Source of the DNA: Chitinophagaceae bacterium
Lineage (GTDB): Bacteria; Bacteroidota; Bacteroidia; Chitinophagales; Chitinophagaceae
DNA length: 45,237 bases
Direction: 5' to 3'
NCBI GenBank assembly: GCA_043772635.1
Contig: JAYVGA010000183.1
Coordinates: forward strand, 1-45,237
Below the pieces are notes generated by a model. The model worked only from the letters and a program-made list of their open reading frames with translations. It was not told the origin of the DNA and did not search any database. Positions 28,615 through 38,617 of the stretch are shown here, piece after piece (position 1 is the first letter of the stretch; each line of letters opens with the position of its first letter). The position numbers were made by a program, and so were the translations under genes.

Positions 28615-28719
28615 TTAATATGCCAATACAGCAATTATACCCATAATAGCATAAAATCCAGTGATAATACCAATAGCTTGTAATGTGTCTATTACCGGAG
28701 TAGAATAAATTTTTTTCAT
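28615..28719 (-). CDS. 34-aa single-pass membrane microprotein
   Basis: MKKIYSTPVIDTLQAIGIITGFYAIMGIIAVLAY*. MKK start, -7-like TACTTTTA at 28841-28834, own terminator. Below the ORF track cutoff. Confidence 0.6.
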   Translation of the reverse strand: MKKIYSTPVIDTLQAIGIITGFYAIMGIIAVLAY

Positions 28720-29345
28720 AACTAAAAATTTTAATGAATAAATTAAAAGATTAATTACAGGAAATTTGGATTGGAACTCGGTTAAAAATGGGAGGTAAGA
28801 GACTATTAGTTAGGAAGGGGTGGGATTGAGCCATAAAAGTAAGGTAAAAACCTTTAATATGCACACATTATCAACTTTTTTTTAATAAATAACTCTATAA
28901 CGGAGGCGTTTTTTTGCAAAGGCAGCTGTATTTTAGGATTAATCATTGCTAATACAAAGTTTTCTTTTCTGCATACAATTGCCTTTATAATGTTTAAAAG
29001 ATAAAAATGATGAAAATAAAACCAGGGGAAAAATTAATTGTGCAGCCATTATTCTTAATATCATTAGCGGATAAACTGTAGCATATCCAGAAGAAGGAAT
29101 TATATTATCAGTCATTTTTAATACAAAATGCCACGGGCAGGCGGATCTGTACATGCTCCTGCCAGCAGGCAGCATATTTCAAAATAGGTTTTTCTAAAAA
29201 TTTACTGGTTATAATGCCTGCAATAATAATAACTTAACAGCCCATGCTACATAGAGTAGAAATTTTTCCTCAATGGTAAAAAAAGGCCTTCCTTTAAATT
29301 TAATATAATGCCCACTGCTGTTGAAATGCTGCGCCACTTAAATAC

Positions 29346-29360
29346 TGGCACTATTTTTCT
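29346..29360 (+). promoter_or_regulatory. Sigma54-like -24/-12 motif
   Basis: TGGCACTATTTTTCT, 30 nt upstream of ATG 29391. Confidence 0.45.
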
Positions 29361-29390
29361 TTTATCAAAAGGGAACTTAAAATTGATCGT

Positions 29391-29555
29391 ATGACTAAAA
29401 ATTATTTTTACCTGTTTTTATTTGCAGCCCTTCCTTTATTAAGCAGTTGCGAAGCTATAGGAACAATTTTTAAAGCCGGCATGTGGTGGGCTTTTATATT
29501 GATGTTTTTGGTAATAGCAATAATTATCTGGGTGGTTTCAAAAGCTAAAAAATAG
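29391..29555 (+). CDS. 54-aa small lipoprotein with C-terminal TM helix
   Basis: MTKNYFYLFLFAALPLLSSC-EAIGTIFKAGMWWAFILMFLVIAIIIWVVSKAKK*. LSSC lipobox; I recognise SCE.IG.IFKAG as a Bacteroidota small-protein motif. Confidence 0.85.
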   Translation: MTKNYFYLFLFAALPLLSSCEAIGTIFKAGMWWAFILMFLVIAIIIWVVSKAKK

Positions 29556-29840
29556 AGCTGGGTTTATCAGGCAATAGCCTAAATAAAAATATATGCTGTA
29601 TATTTTTATACTCATTTTTTGATTTATTAAGTATCTTCCGGCAGCTGCTTTTATTTATTTTTTAAAGAAGTAAATGCATGGTAGTTTTTATCAGCTAACC
29701 TTTCTGCTAAAGCATGGTTGCAGCATCTCCCGGCAGATACTTCGCTTCAGTCTGTATGACAGCCGCATTTCAGCAGTGGAGCGGTTTGTACGGTTTAATA
29801 CAATATTTATTATTAGGTTCTAAATTGCTTTTCTCTCCAT

Positions 29841-31283
29841 TTATAAAACCGGTGAAAATAAACGTGCAATTTTTTCCGGAAGTTGTGTGTACCAGCGCCT
29901 GTTTAACCATTTGTCTTTATCTATTCTTAAAGCATTATCAAGGTCTTCAAAAAATATATTGCGCATTTGTTTTGCAAGTACTGCATCATACACAATGGCA
30001 TTCACTTCAAAATTAAGTTCAAAGCTTCGGTAGTCCATATTGGCAGTGCCCACTACAAATAGTTTGCTGTCTGTTACCATGGTTTTAGCATGCACAAATC
30101 CTTTTTGATACAGGTAAATTTCTACACCAGAGTGCAACAAATCGTTGTAGTAAGATTTAGATGCCGCATTTACAATTTTAGAATCGCATACGCCGGGCAC
30201 CAGCAGCTTTACTTTTAATCCGCTTAGGGCTGCTACCCTTAATGCATCTACAATACTATCACCGGGTATAAAGTAAGGGGTAGTAATAAGAATTTCTTCT
30301 TTGGCCAGGTAAATAGCCTGCAGGATAGAATACAATACAGATGGCTGCAAAGAGTTGGGACCACTGGCGGCTACCTGCACAAAACTCTTGCCCGCTGGTG
30401 CCAGCTGCGGAAAATATGCGGTGCCGGGAGAAAAAGATTTGCTGCAGCAAAAACTCCAGTCTGTAATAAAAAGATATTGCAGGTAGTACACCGCTGCTCC
30501 ATCAATTCTAAGATGTGTATCCCGCCAATATAATTTTTCTTTATTGCCATTAACATATTTATCGCTTACATTAATACCTCCCACAAAAGCAGTGGCTCCA
30601 TCTATTACTACAATCTTACGGTGGTTTCTGTAATTTATCCTGTTGGCCAGCAAATAAAATCGCACTTTATGAAAGGGATATATTTCTATACCTGACTGCT
30701 GCATACGCTGCTCTGTTTTCTTTTTTATTGTGGGGCTTCCAAAGTCGTCGTAAATAAATCTTACTTCTACACCTTCTTTGGCTTTTTCTATGAGCAATTC
30801 TATAAGTTCAGATCCAATTTTATCATATTCATAAATATAATATTCCAGGTGTACATGATGTTTGGCCTGCCGTATGGCCTGCAGCATTTCCGGAAATTTA
30901 TTTTCGCCATTTACCAGCAGGGTAACTTTATTATTGCCCGTGAGCGGACTCCCCAGGTCCATTAAAAGCATCGAGGCCAATTCAGCATTTTGCTCTACGG
31001 AAATATTTTTTGCATCAACACACGCTTCATTGTATTGCTTTACATTATTTTTAAGCATACCCAGCAGTCCATTATCGTTTTCCTGCTTTTTACCATAACG
31101 TTTTTTTCGCCAGTAATTAATACCAAAGGCCAGGTAAAAGCCAATACCAATAACGGGTATAAAAAGGCATAATAGTAAGTATGAAAGTGTTTTATTGGTA
31201 CTGTGTGTTTCAAAAATAATACGCAGGCTAACTAAAATTAAAATTACCAGGTACAAAATAACTGCTGTAATAATTAAACTCAT
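29841..31283 (-). CDS. cls: Cardiolipin synthase
   Basis: Two N-terminal TM helices; two HKD motifs (NHRKIVVIDG, VHAKTMVTD); G.ANMD.RSF.LNFE. Confidence 0.95.
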   Translation of the reverse strand: MSLIITAVILYLVILILVSLRIIFETHSTNKTLSYLLLCLFIPVIGIGFYLAFGINYWRKKRYGKKQENDNGLLGMLKNNVKQYNEACVDAKNISVEQNAELASMLLMDLGSPLTGNNKVTLLVNGENKFPEMLQAIRQAKHHVHLEYYIYEYDKIGSELIELLIEKAKEGVEVRFIYDDFGSPTIKKKTEQRMQQSGIEIYPFHKVRFYLLANRINYRNHRKIVVIDGATAFVGGINVSDKYVNGNKEKLYWRDTHLRIDGAAVYYLQYLFITDWSFCCSKSFSPGTAYFPQLAPAGKSFVQVAASGPNSLQPSVLYSILQAIYLAKEEILITTPYFIPGDSIVDALRVAALSGLKVKLLVPGVCDSKIVNAASKSYYNDLLHSGVEIYLYQKGFVHAKTMVTDSKLFVVGTANMDYRSFELNFEVNAIVYDAVLAKQMRNIFFEDLDNALRIDKDKWLNRRWYTQLPEKIARLFSPVL

Positions 31284-31489
31284 TAAAATATTTTTTTAAT
31301 TTTCAGCTCCGCTGATGAAAGTGTAATATAACATGTAACCCTTAACTATCCTATGGCAATTTTACATTTTAAATGTGCATCACTTAGTTTAAAAAAATTA
31401 TGTTTCCCAGCTATGCATTTATTTACACAATTATTTTATGATGGGAATATTATTCTACAACTAAACCACCATAATACTTAAAAAATTAG

Positions 31490-31504
31490 TGGCATGTTTT
31501 TTTA
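31490..31504 (+). promoter_or_regulatory. Sigma54-like motif
   Basis: TGGCATGTTTTTTTA upstream of ATG 31529. Confidence 0.45.
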
Positions 31505-31528
31505 TGATTATTATTAAAATTATACACT

Positions 31529-32005
31529 ATGACAAATAATAATAATGAAGAACTGATAGAAACATTAAACGATCTTATCATGATCAATAATGACAGGGTA
31601 ACAGGTTATGAAAAAGCCGCCGGTGAAGCAAAGGATGCTGATATTGACCTGCAGGCTATTTTTAAAAAAATGGCAGATGAAAGCCGAGGTTATGTAACTG
31701 AGCTTAATCAAAAAGTAATGAGCCTGGGTGGTGAAGCTGCAACTGGCGAAACAACCAACCGTGGTAAAATTTACAGGGTGTGGATGGATGTAAAAAATGT
31801 ATTTACCGGATCTGACAGAGAGTCTATTTTAGAATCCTGTGAATTTGGCGAAGATGCCGCTCAAAGGGCTTATAATGATGCCTTGCATACCGATGCAGAA
31901 GTAGATACAGAAATTCGTCAGCTGATAATGGATCAGAAAGACAGTTTAAAAAATTCGCACGACATTATTAAAAAATACAGGGATATGCACAAAGCTGTTT
32001 CATAA
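31529..32005 (+). CDS. PA2169/DUF2383 family four-helix-bundle protein
   Basis: LNDL..IN.DR..GYE.A, GK.YRVWMDVK, IL..CEFGEDAA..AY..AL. Confidence 0.9.
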   Translation: MTNNNNEELIETLNDLIMINNDRVTGYEKAAGEAKDADIDLQAIFKKMADESRGYVTELNQKVMSLGGEAATGETTNRGKIYRVWMDVKNVFTGSDRESILESCEFGEDAAQRAYNDALHTDAEVDTEIRQLIMDQKDSLKNSHDIIKKYRDMHKAVS

Positions 32006-32164
32006 ACAGGCGCATCCATTAGTGGTTAAACAATTCCGTAAGCATTTGCAAAAACATTAAACAGTGCATGCTTTATGTGAGACTCAAACGATATAAATTT
32101 TTATATTTAAGATTCAGCAACTGCCGCTAATGTTTTTATAAATTGGTTTTTTGGTTTTGAAATT

Positions 32165-32196
32165 AGGGCATTACGAAAGTAGTGCCCTCATTTTTT
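32165..32196 (+). terminator. Intrinsic terminator
   Basis: AGGGCATTAC-GAAA-GTAGTGCCCT-CATTTTTT. Confidence 0.75.
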
Positions 32197-32313
32197 ATAG
32201 GCCAAATACAATTTAATCTAAGTTCAAGGAACGGCATTTTATAAAGAATGCGTACCAGAGCATTTCGGGTACCTAAAATTAATGTTGTATTATAAAACTC
32301 TTTACGGTAATCG

Positions 32314-33411
32314 TCAATTTATTTTTTGTAATAGTTTCATCAGTACCTTTTCTTCTCCGGTTATTCCTGTTTTGTTATCATCTGCTTCAATATTATCTAA
32401 TTCTTTAAGATAGTCTTTTAACTTATCTTCTTCATACAATTTTATTATACCTGGATGTACATAATATTTTCGGCACACGGTTCTTGTATTGCCCAGTTTT
32501 TTACTCACATCATCCAGCATTTCATTTACGCCCAGTTTGGTGGGAGCATTGTCTTCCTGCAATTGCCTGTTTTTAAAAGCCAGTAAAAAATGCAGGCATC
32601 CTGCCCAGGTTCTAAAATCTTTTGCAGAATAATCCTGCCCGGTTATTTCTTTAATATAACCGTTTACCATACCCGAATCTATAGGTTTGCGGTTACCATC
32701 TGCATCATAATACTGAAACAATTCTTTGCCGGGTATTTCCCTGCATTGTTTTATAATGGCTGCCAGTTTTTTGTTATTCATCTTTACATCATGCTGCACA
32801 CTTTTTTTTCCTTTAAAAGAAAACGAAATTTCTGCACCGTCAATTTTCACATGTTTATCGTGCAGTGTTGTAAGGCCATAAGAACCATTCAGCTTTTCAT
32901 AAGCTGCATTTCCAATTCTTATATAGGTTCTTTCCATAAGACTAATAACGGCTGCCAGTACCTTTTTTTCGCTTAAATCTTTTAGAGCTAAATCTTTTTC
33001 CAGTTGTAAGCGAAGGGCCGGAAGGGCTTTGCCAAATTCTATCATTTTATGAAATTTGGTTTCATTTCGGAGGGTATTCCACAAGGGATGATAACGGTAT
33101 TGTTTTCTTTTTTTTACATCCAGCCCTGTAGCCTGTATATGGCCGTTTTCTTTTACACAAATCCACACGCCCGTCCAGGCAGGTGGTATGGCCAGCTTTG
33201 TTATGCGTTCAATAACGGGTTTCTCCTTAATTATTTTTTCCTGTACCTGGTAAGAAAACCCTTTGCCGCTTTTTTTCCTGATTATGCCGGGCTCTGTATC
33301 GTTTACATAAATAAGATTTGCCAATGATGCTGCAGCCTGGTAATTTTTTACCAGCGACATATGTTTGCGGTGAGAAATTTTAGGTGCAGGTGTTGCTGTT
33401 TCCTTCATCAC
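32314..33411 (-). CDS. DNA topoisomerase IB (bacterial, poxvirus-like)
   Basis: LAIPPAW..VWI, GHIQATG.D...RKQYRYH, IRIGN, F.GKK, AKDFRTW, LGNT..VCRKYYVHP (catalytic Tyr). Confidence 0.95.
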   Translation of the reverse strand: MMKETATPAPKISHRKHMSLVKNYQAAASLANLIYVNDTEPGIIRKKSGKGFSYQVQEKIIKEKPVIERITKLAIPPAWTGVWICVKENGHIQATGLDVKKRKQYRYHPLWNTLRNETKFHKMIEFGKALPALRLQLEKDLALKDLSEKKVLAAVISLMERTYIRIGNAAYEKLNGSYGLTTLHDKHVKIDGAEISFSFKGKKSVQHDVKMNNKKLAAIIKQCREIPGKELFQYYDADGNRKPIDSGMVNGYIKEITGQDYSAKDFRTWAGCLHFLLAFKNRQLQEDNAPTKLGVNEMLDDVSKKLGNTRTVCRKYYVHPGIIKLYEEDKLKDYLKELDNIEADDNKTGITGEEKVLMKLLQKIN

Positions 33412-33884
33412 TTGGTTTTGGCTTTAAGGTTTTTATTTTTAAACTGATGTAAATCTTCTGCTTCATCTATGGAATGAGAACTAAAAAGATCGTTTTCTTT
33501 TTCTGATAAGTCTGACAGCTTTGTGTAGAATTTTTTTAACACCATTAATTCTTCTTCGGTTAAATCTTCGATATTTATTAAGCGGTTACTGGCTTTTTGG
33601 CTGGAAGCTATTAATTCGTTTAGTTTAAGCTGTATAGCGGTGGTATCTTTATTTTGCGAGTGCTGTATAATAAATACCATTATAAAAGTAATAATGGTAG
33701 TACTGGTATTAACCACCAGTTGCCAGGTATCAGAATAATTAAAAAGCGGCCCCATCAGTGCCCATATAATTATTGCACAAACAGCCACAATAACTGCCAC
33801 CGGACTACCAGTTAGCTTTGTTATTCTGGTAGATATTTTTTCAAATTTTTTTGCAAATGATGATCCTGGTTTTTGTTTTTTCAT
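33408..33884 (-). CDS. Low-affinity iron permease family (Fet4-like) membrane protein
   Basis: GP.F.YSDTWQL.VNT.TTIITF.MVF.IQ.SQN.D..AIQLKLNELI. Confidence 0.9.
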   Translation of the reverse strand: MKKQKPGSSFAKKFEKISTRITKLTGSPVAVIVAVCAIIIWALMGPLFNYSDTWQLVVNTSTTIITFIMVFIIQHSQNKDTTAIQLKLNELIASSQKASNRLINIEDLTEEELMVLKKFYTKLSDLSEKENDLFSSHSIDEAEDLHQFKNKNLKAKTK

Positions 33885-33909
33885 GACCTTAAGAAATTCT
33901 TTGAATAAT

Positions 33910-33941
33910 AAAAGCCGGGTTACCTATGGCCACCCGACTTT
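33910..33941 (-). terminator. Terminator-like hairpin between the DUF892 and Fet4-like genes
   Basis: Minus strand AAAGTCGGGT-N11-ACCCGGCTTT-T. Confidence 0.5.
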
Positions 33942-33970
33942 AATTGCTGTGTTACTCCCGCAATTTTTAT

Positions 33971-34558
33971 TTATTTTTTCTTTGCCTGCTTTTTTGGCGG
34001 TATACCGTTGCTCTTCTCCATTACCTCTTTAGATGCAGATTGATTTATTCCGGCTTCTGCCAGCTGGGTAAGTAAATCATCGGCTTCTTTTTCTTCGTTG
34101 AGTGTGCTGCCCAGTAAATTTTTTATTTCTTCGTTGCCCATTACTTTAGCCAGCTGAGCAAGCCCGCCATAAGTGGCTATTTCATAATGCTCTACTTTTT
34201 GAGCTGCCATTACCAGGCCTACGTCTCTTATATGGGTTCCTTTTTCTGTGTCTTCAATAATACCATTTGCTTCTTCTACAAGGCCGGCCATTGCATCACA
34301 TTTTTTTGCTGCTGCTTTTTCATTAAGCAGCTCAAATACCTGCTCCAGCCTTGCTACATGTTCTTTTGTAGCTACAAGGTGTTCCGCAAATGCATTGGCA
34401 AGTTCTGCAGATGTAGCTGCCTTTTGCATTTTAGGCAATGCCTTTGTTAAATGTTTCTCTGCCCAATAAATGTCTTTTAATTCATCTACAAAAAAATCTT
34501 TAAACTCTTTACTTACGTTAGTATTGTTACTCATTACAGATGCGGATGTTTTTGCCAT
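33971..34558 (-). CDS. Ferritin-like DUF892 (YciE/YciF family) protein
   Basis: LKDIYWAEK....ALPKM, H...T..HV.RLE.VF, CDAM.GL..E, AAQKVEHYEIATYG, TL.EEK.AD. Confidence 0.92.
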   Translation of the reverse strand: MAKTSASVMSNNTNVSKEFKDFFVDELKDIYWAEKHLTKALPKMQKAATSAELANAFAEHLVATKEHVARLEQVFELLNEKAAAKKCDAMAGLVEEANGIIEDTEKGTHIRDVGLVMAAQKVEHYEIATYGGLAQLAKVMGNEEIKNLLGSTLNEEKEADDLLTQLAEAGINQSASKEVMEKSNGIPPKKQAKKK

Positions 34559-34607
34559 TTTTTAATTTTTTATTTATGAGGTGAAATTGTTACCAGCCTT
34601 TTTTATT

Positions 34608-34745
34608 AAAAATATTATGCCAGTAAAATATGTACATGAGTAAATGCAGAATTGGGGAAAACAGGTAGTATAACCGGTAAATGAGTAATTAATTCTACAG
34701 GAAAATTGAGAAAACCATATGAAAAATTTCTGGTACGCAAATTTC
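34608..34745. promoter_or_regulatory. Divergent pair of sigma54-like motifs
   Basis: Minus TGGCATAATATTTTT (34622-34608) before DUF892; plus TGGTACGCAAATTTC (34731-34745) before 34784. Confidence 0.4.
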
Positions 34746-34783
34746 ATTATTACAAAACAAGTAACCATTACTAAAAAACCTTT

Positions 34784-35278
34784 ATGAACACACATAACCA
34801 CATCAGTTTTATCACACAAAAAATTCAGCAACTGCAAACTGCTATACTTTATTGCCATAGCAACAGTTTGCTTAAGCTGCCTACATCTGTAGTAGAAACA
34901 CTGCATATAGATGAAGTTGGCTGTGTGTGGCTGGCAGTAAATAAGCCTACACAGTTCCTTCACGAATTTGACCGTAGTTTTCATGTAGCACTTAACTATT
35001 ATAAAAAAGGAACACCGTTTTTTCTAAACAGTTATGGCACTGCCAGGGTAGTAATAGATCCAGAAGAATTAAATATGCTGCCCGAAAATTTAAAAGAAGT
35101 GTACAACAAAGGAAAGCTGCTGGTATGCGTTCGTATACTTGAAGCCAGCTACTACGAGAATACGCCGAAATCAGAACAAAACATTTTTCAGAAATGCAGG
35201 CAAAGTTTATCGTCGCTTTTTTATGGCAGCAGCGAGTACTATCATTTTAATATTGACGAAGAGAAGAATTTTGCATAA
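34784..35278 (+). CDS. Hypothetical protein, possibly split-barrel (pyridoxamine-phosphate-oxidase-like) fold
   Basis: FI..KI..LQTAI, T.H.DE.G.VW, V.LNYYKKG..FFL...G.A.VV pattern; followed by a terminator. Confidence 0.65.
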   Translation: MNTHNHISFITQKIQQLQTAILYCHSNSLLKLPTSVVETLHIDEVGCVWLAVNKPTQFLHEFDRSFHVALNYYKKGTPFFLNSYGTARVVIDPEELNMLPENLKEVYNKGKLLVCVRILEASYYENTPKSEQNIFQKCRQSLSSLFYGSSEYYHFNIDEEKNFA

Positions 35279-35323
35279 TTAATTCCGGTTCAGCATTCTT
35301 TATATATCCGTACACATGAACAC

Positions 35324-35350
35324 AGGGAAGCCAGATGGTTTCCTTTTTTT
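35324..35350 (+). terminator. Intrinsic terminator
   Basis: AGGGAAGCCA-GA-TGGTTTCCTT-TTTTT. Confidence 0.7.
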
Positions 35351-35366
35351 TGGCATATTTTTTTGC
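35351..35366 (+). promoter_or_regulatory. Sigma54-like motif upstream of ku
   Basis: TGGCATATTTTTTTGC (GG-N11-GC, one T longer than the canonical N10). Confidence 0.45.
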
Positions 35367-35387
35367 ATATAGTTTAAAACGCTTTAT

Positions 35388-36161
35388 ATGAAATCTATCT
35401 GGACAGGCTCACTGGGTTTTGGCCTTGTAAATATTCCCATTAAATTAATAACTGCCGTGCAGGACAGTAAACTGGATTTTGATATGCTGGATAAAAAAGA
35501 CCAGGCAAATATTAAATTTAAAAGAGTTAATGAAAACACCGGTAAAGAAGTACTGTGGGAAAATATTATAAAAGGGTTTTTGCTTAATGATAAATATGTT
35601 TTGGTAGATGATAAAGATTTTGAAAAAGCCAGCCCGGAAAAATCGGCCCATATAGAAATTGTGCAGTTTGTGCAGGCACAGGAAATAGACAGCGTATTTT
35701 TTGAAACGCCCTATTTTATTCAGCCCGATAAAACGGGTGCAAGAGCTTACCAGCTATTAAAAGCGGCACTGCAAAAAACAGGAAAAGCCGGCGTGGGATC
35801 TTTTGTAATGCGGGAAAGAGAGCATGTATGCATTATAAAGCCTTATGAAGATATACTGGTATTAAACAGGCTTAGGTATGCAGAAGAAATAAGAAAAACA
35901 TCTGAGTTAACCACGGGTGCAACAAAAGCAAAACCTGCAGAAATAAAAATGGCGGTGGATCTTATAGGGCAGCTTACCAAACCATTTGATCCGGCAATTT
36001 TTAAAGATGAGTATGCAGAAAAATTAATGAAAATTATAAAGGCAAAAGCAAAAGGTAAACCTGTAGCATACAAGCCAATGAAAATTGTGCACTCCAAAAC
36101 AACTGATCTTATGGAGCAGTTAAAAGCCAGCCTTGCTACCGGTAAAAAGAAAGCCTCATGA
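35388..36161 (+). CDS. ku: NHEJ DNA end-binding protein Ku
   Basis: IW.G.L.FGLVNIP.KL, ..KG., FE.PYF..P, F.D.Y, DLM..LKASL. Confidence 0.97.
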   Translation: MKSIWTGSLGFGLVNIPIKLITAVQDSKLDFDMLDKKDQANIKFKRVNENTGKEVLWENIIKGFLLNDKYVLVDDKDFEKASPEKSAHIEIVQFVQAQEIDSVFFETPYFIQPDKTGARAYQLLKAALQKTGKAGVGSFVMREREHVCIIKPYEDILVLNRLRYAEEIRKTSELTTGATKAKPAEIKMAVDLIGQLTKPFDPAIFKDEYAEKLMKIIKAKAKGKPVAYKPMKIVHSKTTDLMEQLKASLATGKKKAS

Positions 36162-38545
36162 CAAAACTGGCACTGTATAAAACTAAAAGAAACTTCAGCA
36201 CCACTTCTGAGCCCGCAGGTAATGTGGAGAAGACTTCCAACTTTCGTTTTGTAATACAGGAACATCATGCCAGCCACCTGCACTACGACTTTCGTTTACA
36301 AATGGATGGGGTTTTAAAAAGCTGGGCTGTGCCCAAAGGCCCTTCTGTTGTGCCCGGCGAAAAACGCCTCGCAGTACAGGTAGAAGATCACCCGGTATCG
36401 TACATTGATTTTAAAGGAACAATACCTAAAGGAAATTACGGTGCAGGTAAGGTAGCCATTTTTGATAAAGGAAATTATATACCGGTTGATGAAAACGGCG
36501 AAGCTATAAATGAAAAGCAAGCCATTAAAAATTTAAAAGCAGGAGAGTTAAAACTTATTGTAAAAGGAAAAAAAGTTAAAGGTGGGTATGTGCTGGTTCG
36601 CCTTAAAGCAGAGGATAAAAACTGGCTGCTGATAAAACATAAAGAAAAGCAGGCATTAAAAAAAAGTTCTGAAAATACCACTTCTTCTTTACCCGTAACC
36701 AGTTCTATAAGATCTTCAAAGCATGAAAGGGTAAGCGATGCCATAAAACCTATGCTGGCGCATACAGCACCCACAGCTTTTGATGATAAAGATTGGGTAT
36801 TTGAAATTAAATGGGATGGATACCGGGCCATTGCAGAAAAAAACGACACTGTAAAATTATATAGCCGCAATGGTATAAGCTTTCTTAATTTATATCCCCA
36901 TATTGTAACTGCGCTGCAAAAATTAAAACACCAATGCATACTGGATGGAGAAATAGTATGGCTTAACAAAGAGGGTACATCCAATTTTCAGCAACTGCAA
37001 AATTATGATCCTTCTGTGCCCGGTAAACTGGTGTACCAGGTTTTTGATTTGCTGCAGCTTGATGGTAAAGAAACTGCACAATTAAACCTGCTGCAAAGAA
37101 AAGAACTTTTAAAAAAATTACTGGGTAAAAATGCCACGCTGTTATTTAGCAGCCATATAAAACAGCAGGGTATTGCATTTTACGATAAAATAAAAAATAT
37201 AGGCCTGGAAGGTATTATGGCAAAAGATGCAAACAGTACTTACCATGCCGGCCTGCGCAGTAAAGCCTGGCTTAAAATAAAAAATATACAAACAGAAGAC
37301 TGTACGGTGCTGGGTTATACGGCCCCCAAAGGAAGCCGCAAAAGTTTTGGCTCGCTTATTTTAGGAAAGAAGAAAAAAAATGAATGGATATTTTGCGGGC
37401 ATGTGGGCACAGGTTTTAATAATACAGCCCTGCATGATATATACAATAGTTTTCAAAAAAGCATTGTTGCAGAAAATCCATTTAAGAAAAAAATTCCGCT
37501 CAATGATAAACCTACCTGGGTTAAACCGTTACTGGTAATTGAAATTTCTTTTACAGAGCAAACCAAAGAAGGTATTTACCGGCATCCTTCTTTTTTAAGA
37601 ATAAGAGATGATAAGATACCGGCTGCACCGGAAAAAAAAATTTCTGCAAAAAAAGAAAAGGAAACTGCACCGGAAAAAAACCAATTTACCAATAAGGATA
37701 AAATATTTTGGCCACAGGAAGGTTATACAAAAGGAGATGTAATTAATTATTATAAAACCATGGCGCCTTATATTTTGCCGCATTTAAAAGACAGGCCATT
37801 ATCTTTAAAAAGAAACCCCAATGGTATAAAAGATGCAGGCTTTTACCATAAAGATGCAGGAGAACATGCCCCAGGTTTTGTAAAAGTATTTCCTTACAAA
37901 AGCGAAGAAAAAACAATTGATTACATTATCTGCAACAATGAAGCTACGCTGCTGTACCTGGCCAATTTAGGCTGTATAGAAATGAACCCCTGGAATAACC
38001 GGTATGATAAAACCGATAAGCCAGATTGGCTGGCCATTGATATTGATCCCGGCGACCATAACAGTTTTAAGCAGGTAATACAGGTGGCGCAAACCGCAAA
38101 AAAAGTTCTGGATAAAGCTGGTCTTTCGGGTTTTTGTAAAACCTCTGGTGCAAGTGGCATTCATATTTATATTCCGCTGCATGCACAGTACGATTATGAT
38201 ATTGTAAAAAATTTTGGAGAATTTTTTATGCAGAAAGTGCAGGAGCTGCTGCCCGATATTACTACCCTGCTAAGAACAAAAGCAAAAAGAGGAAAAAAAA
38301 TTTACTTAGATTTTTTACAGAACCGCAGGGGGCAAACCCTCGCCTCGGTTTACAGTATAAGACCAGTTCCCGGTGCCACAGTATCGGCACCCATTAAATG
38401 GACTGAGTTAAAAGAAACTTTAAGCCCGGCATCATTTACTATAAAAAATATGGCAGAGAGGACAAAGAAGTATGGAGATATTTTTAAACCTGTACTGTCT
38501 GGAAAAAATAATCTTACGAAGGCTTTAAAACTTCTGAGCCAATAA
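36158..38545 (+). CDS. ligD: NHEJ DNA ligase D (phosphoesterase - ligase - polymerase)
   Basis: FVIQEH.A..LHYDFRL...SWAVPKGP; EIKWDGYR, EG.MAK, W.K.K; R.P.G, D.DP, KTSG..G.H, D..QN.RG.T...YS.R. Confidence 0.97.
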   Translation: MTKLALYKTKRNFSTTSEPAGNVEKTSNFRFVIQEHHASHLHYDFRLQMDGVLKSWAVPKGPSVVPGEKRLAVQVEDHPVSYIDFKGTIPKGNYGAGKVAIFDKGNYIPVDENGEAINEKQAIKNLKAGELKLIVKGKKVKGGYVLVRLKAEDKNWLLIKHKEKQALKKSSENTTSSLPVTSSIRSSKHERVSDAIKPMLAHTAPTAFDDKDWVFEIKWDGYRAIAEKNDTVKLYSRNGISFLNLYPHIVTALQKLKHQCILDGEIVWLNKEGTSNFQQLQNYDPSVPGKLVYQVFDLLQLDGKETAQLNLLQRKELLKKLLGKNATLLFSSHIKQQGIAFYDKIKNIGLEGIMAKDANSTYHAGLRSKAWLKIKNIQTEDCTVLGYTAPKGSRKSFGSLILGKKKKNEWIFCGHVGTGFNNTALHDIYNSFQKSIVAENPFKKKIPLNDKPTWVKPLLVIEISFTEQTKEGIYRHPSFLRIRDDKIPAAPEKKISAKKEKETAPEKNQFTNKDKIFWPQEGYTKGDVINYYKTMAPYILPHLKDRPLSLKRNPNGIKDAGFYHKDAGEHAPGFVKVFPYKSEEKTIDYIICNNEATLLYLANLGCIEMNPWNNRYDKTDKPDWLAIDIDPGDHNSFKQVIQVAQTAKKVLDKAGLSGFCKTSGASGIHIYIPLHAQYDYDIVKNFGEFFMQKVQELLPDITTLLRTKAKRGKKIYLDFLQNRRGQTLASVYSIRPVPGATVSAPIKWTELKETLSPASFTIKNMAERTKKYGDIFKPVLSGKNNLTKALKLLSQ

Positions 38546-38570
38546 ATATATGCACCTTAATCACTGGCAC

Positions 38571-38600
38571 AAAAAAAGCGCAAAAGAAATGCGCTTTTTT
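38571..38600. terminator. Bidirectional terminator between convergent genes
   Basis: AAAAAAGCGCA-AAAGAAA-TGCGCTTTTTT. Confidence 0.8.
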
Positions 38601-38617
38601 ATCAGAATATTTTATTC

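Noticed and set aside
28939-30016. ORFs 28939..29175 (-) and 29714..30016 (+)
   Set aside because: No family features; the second overlaps cls antisense; better small ORFs exist nearby.
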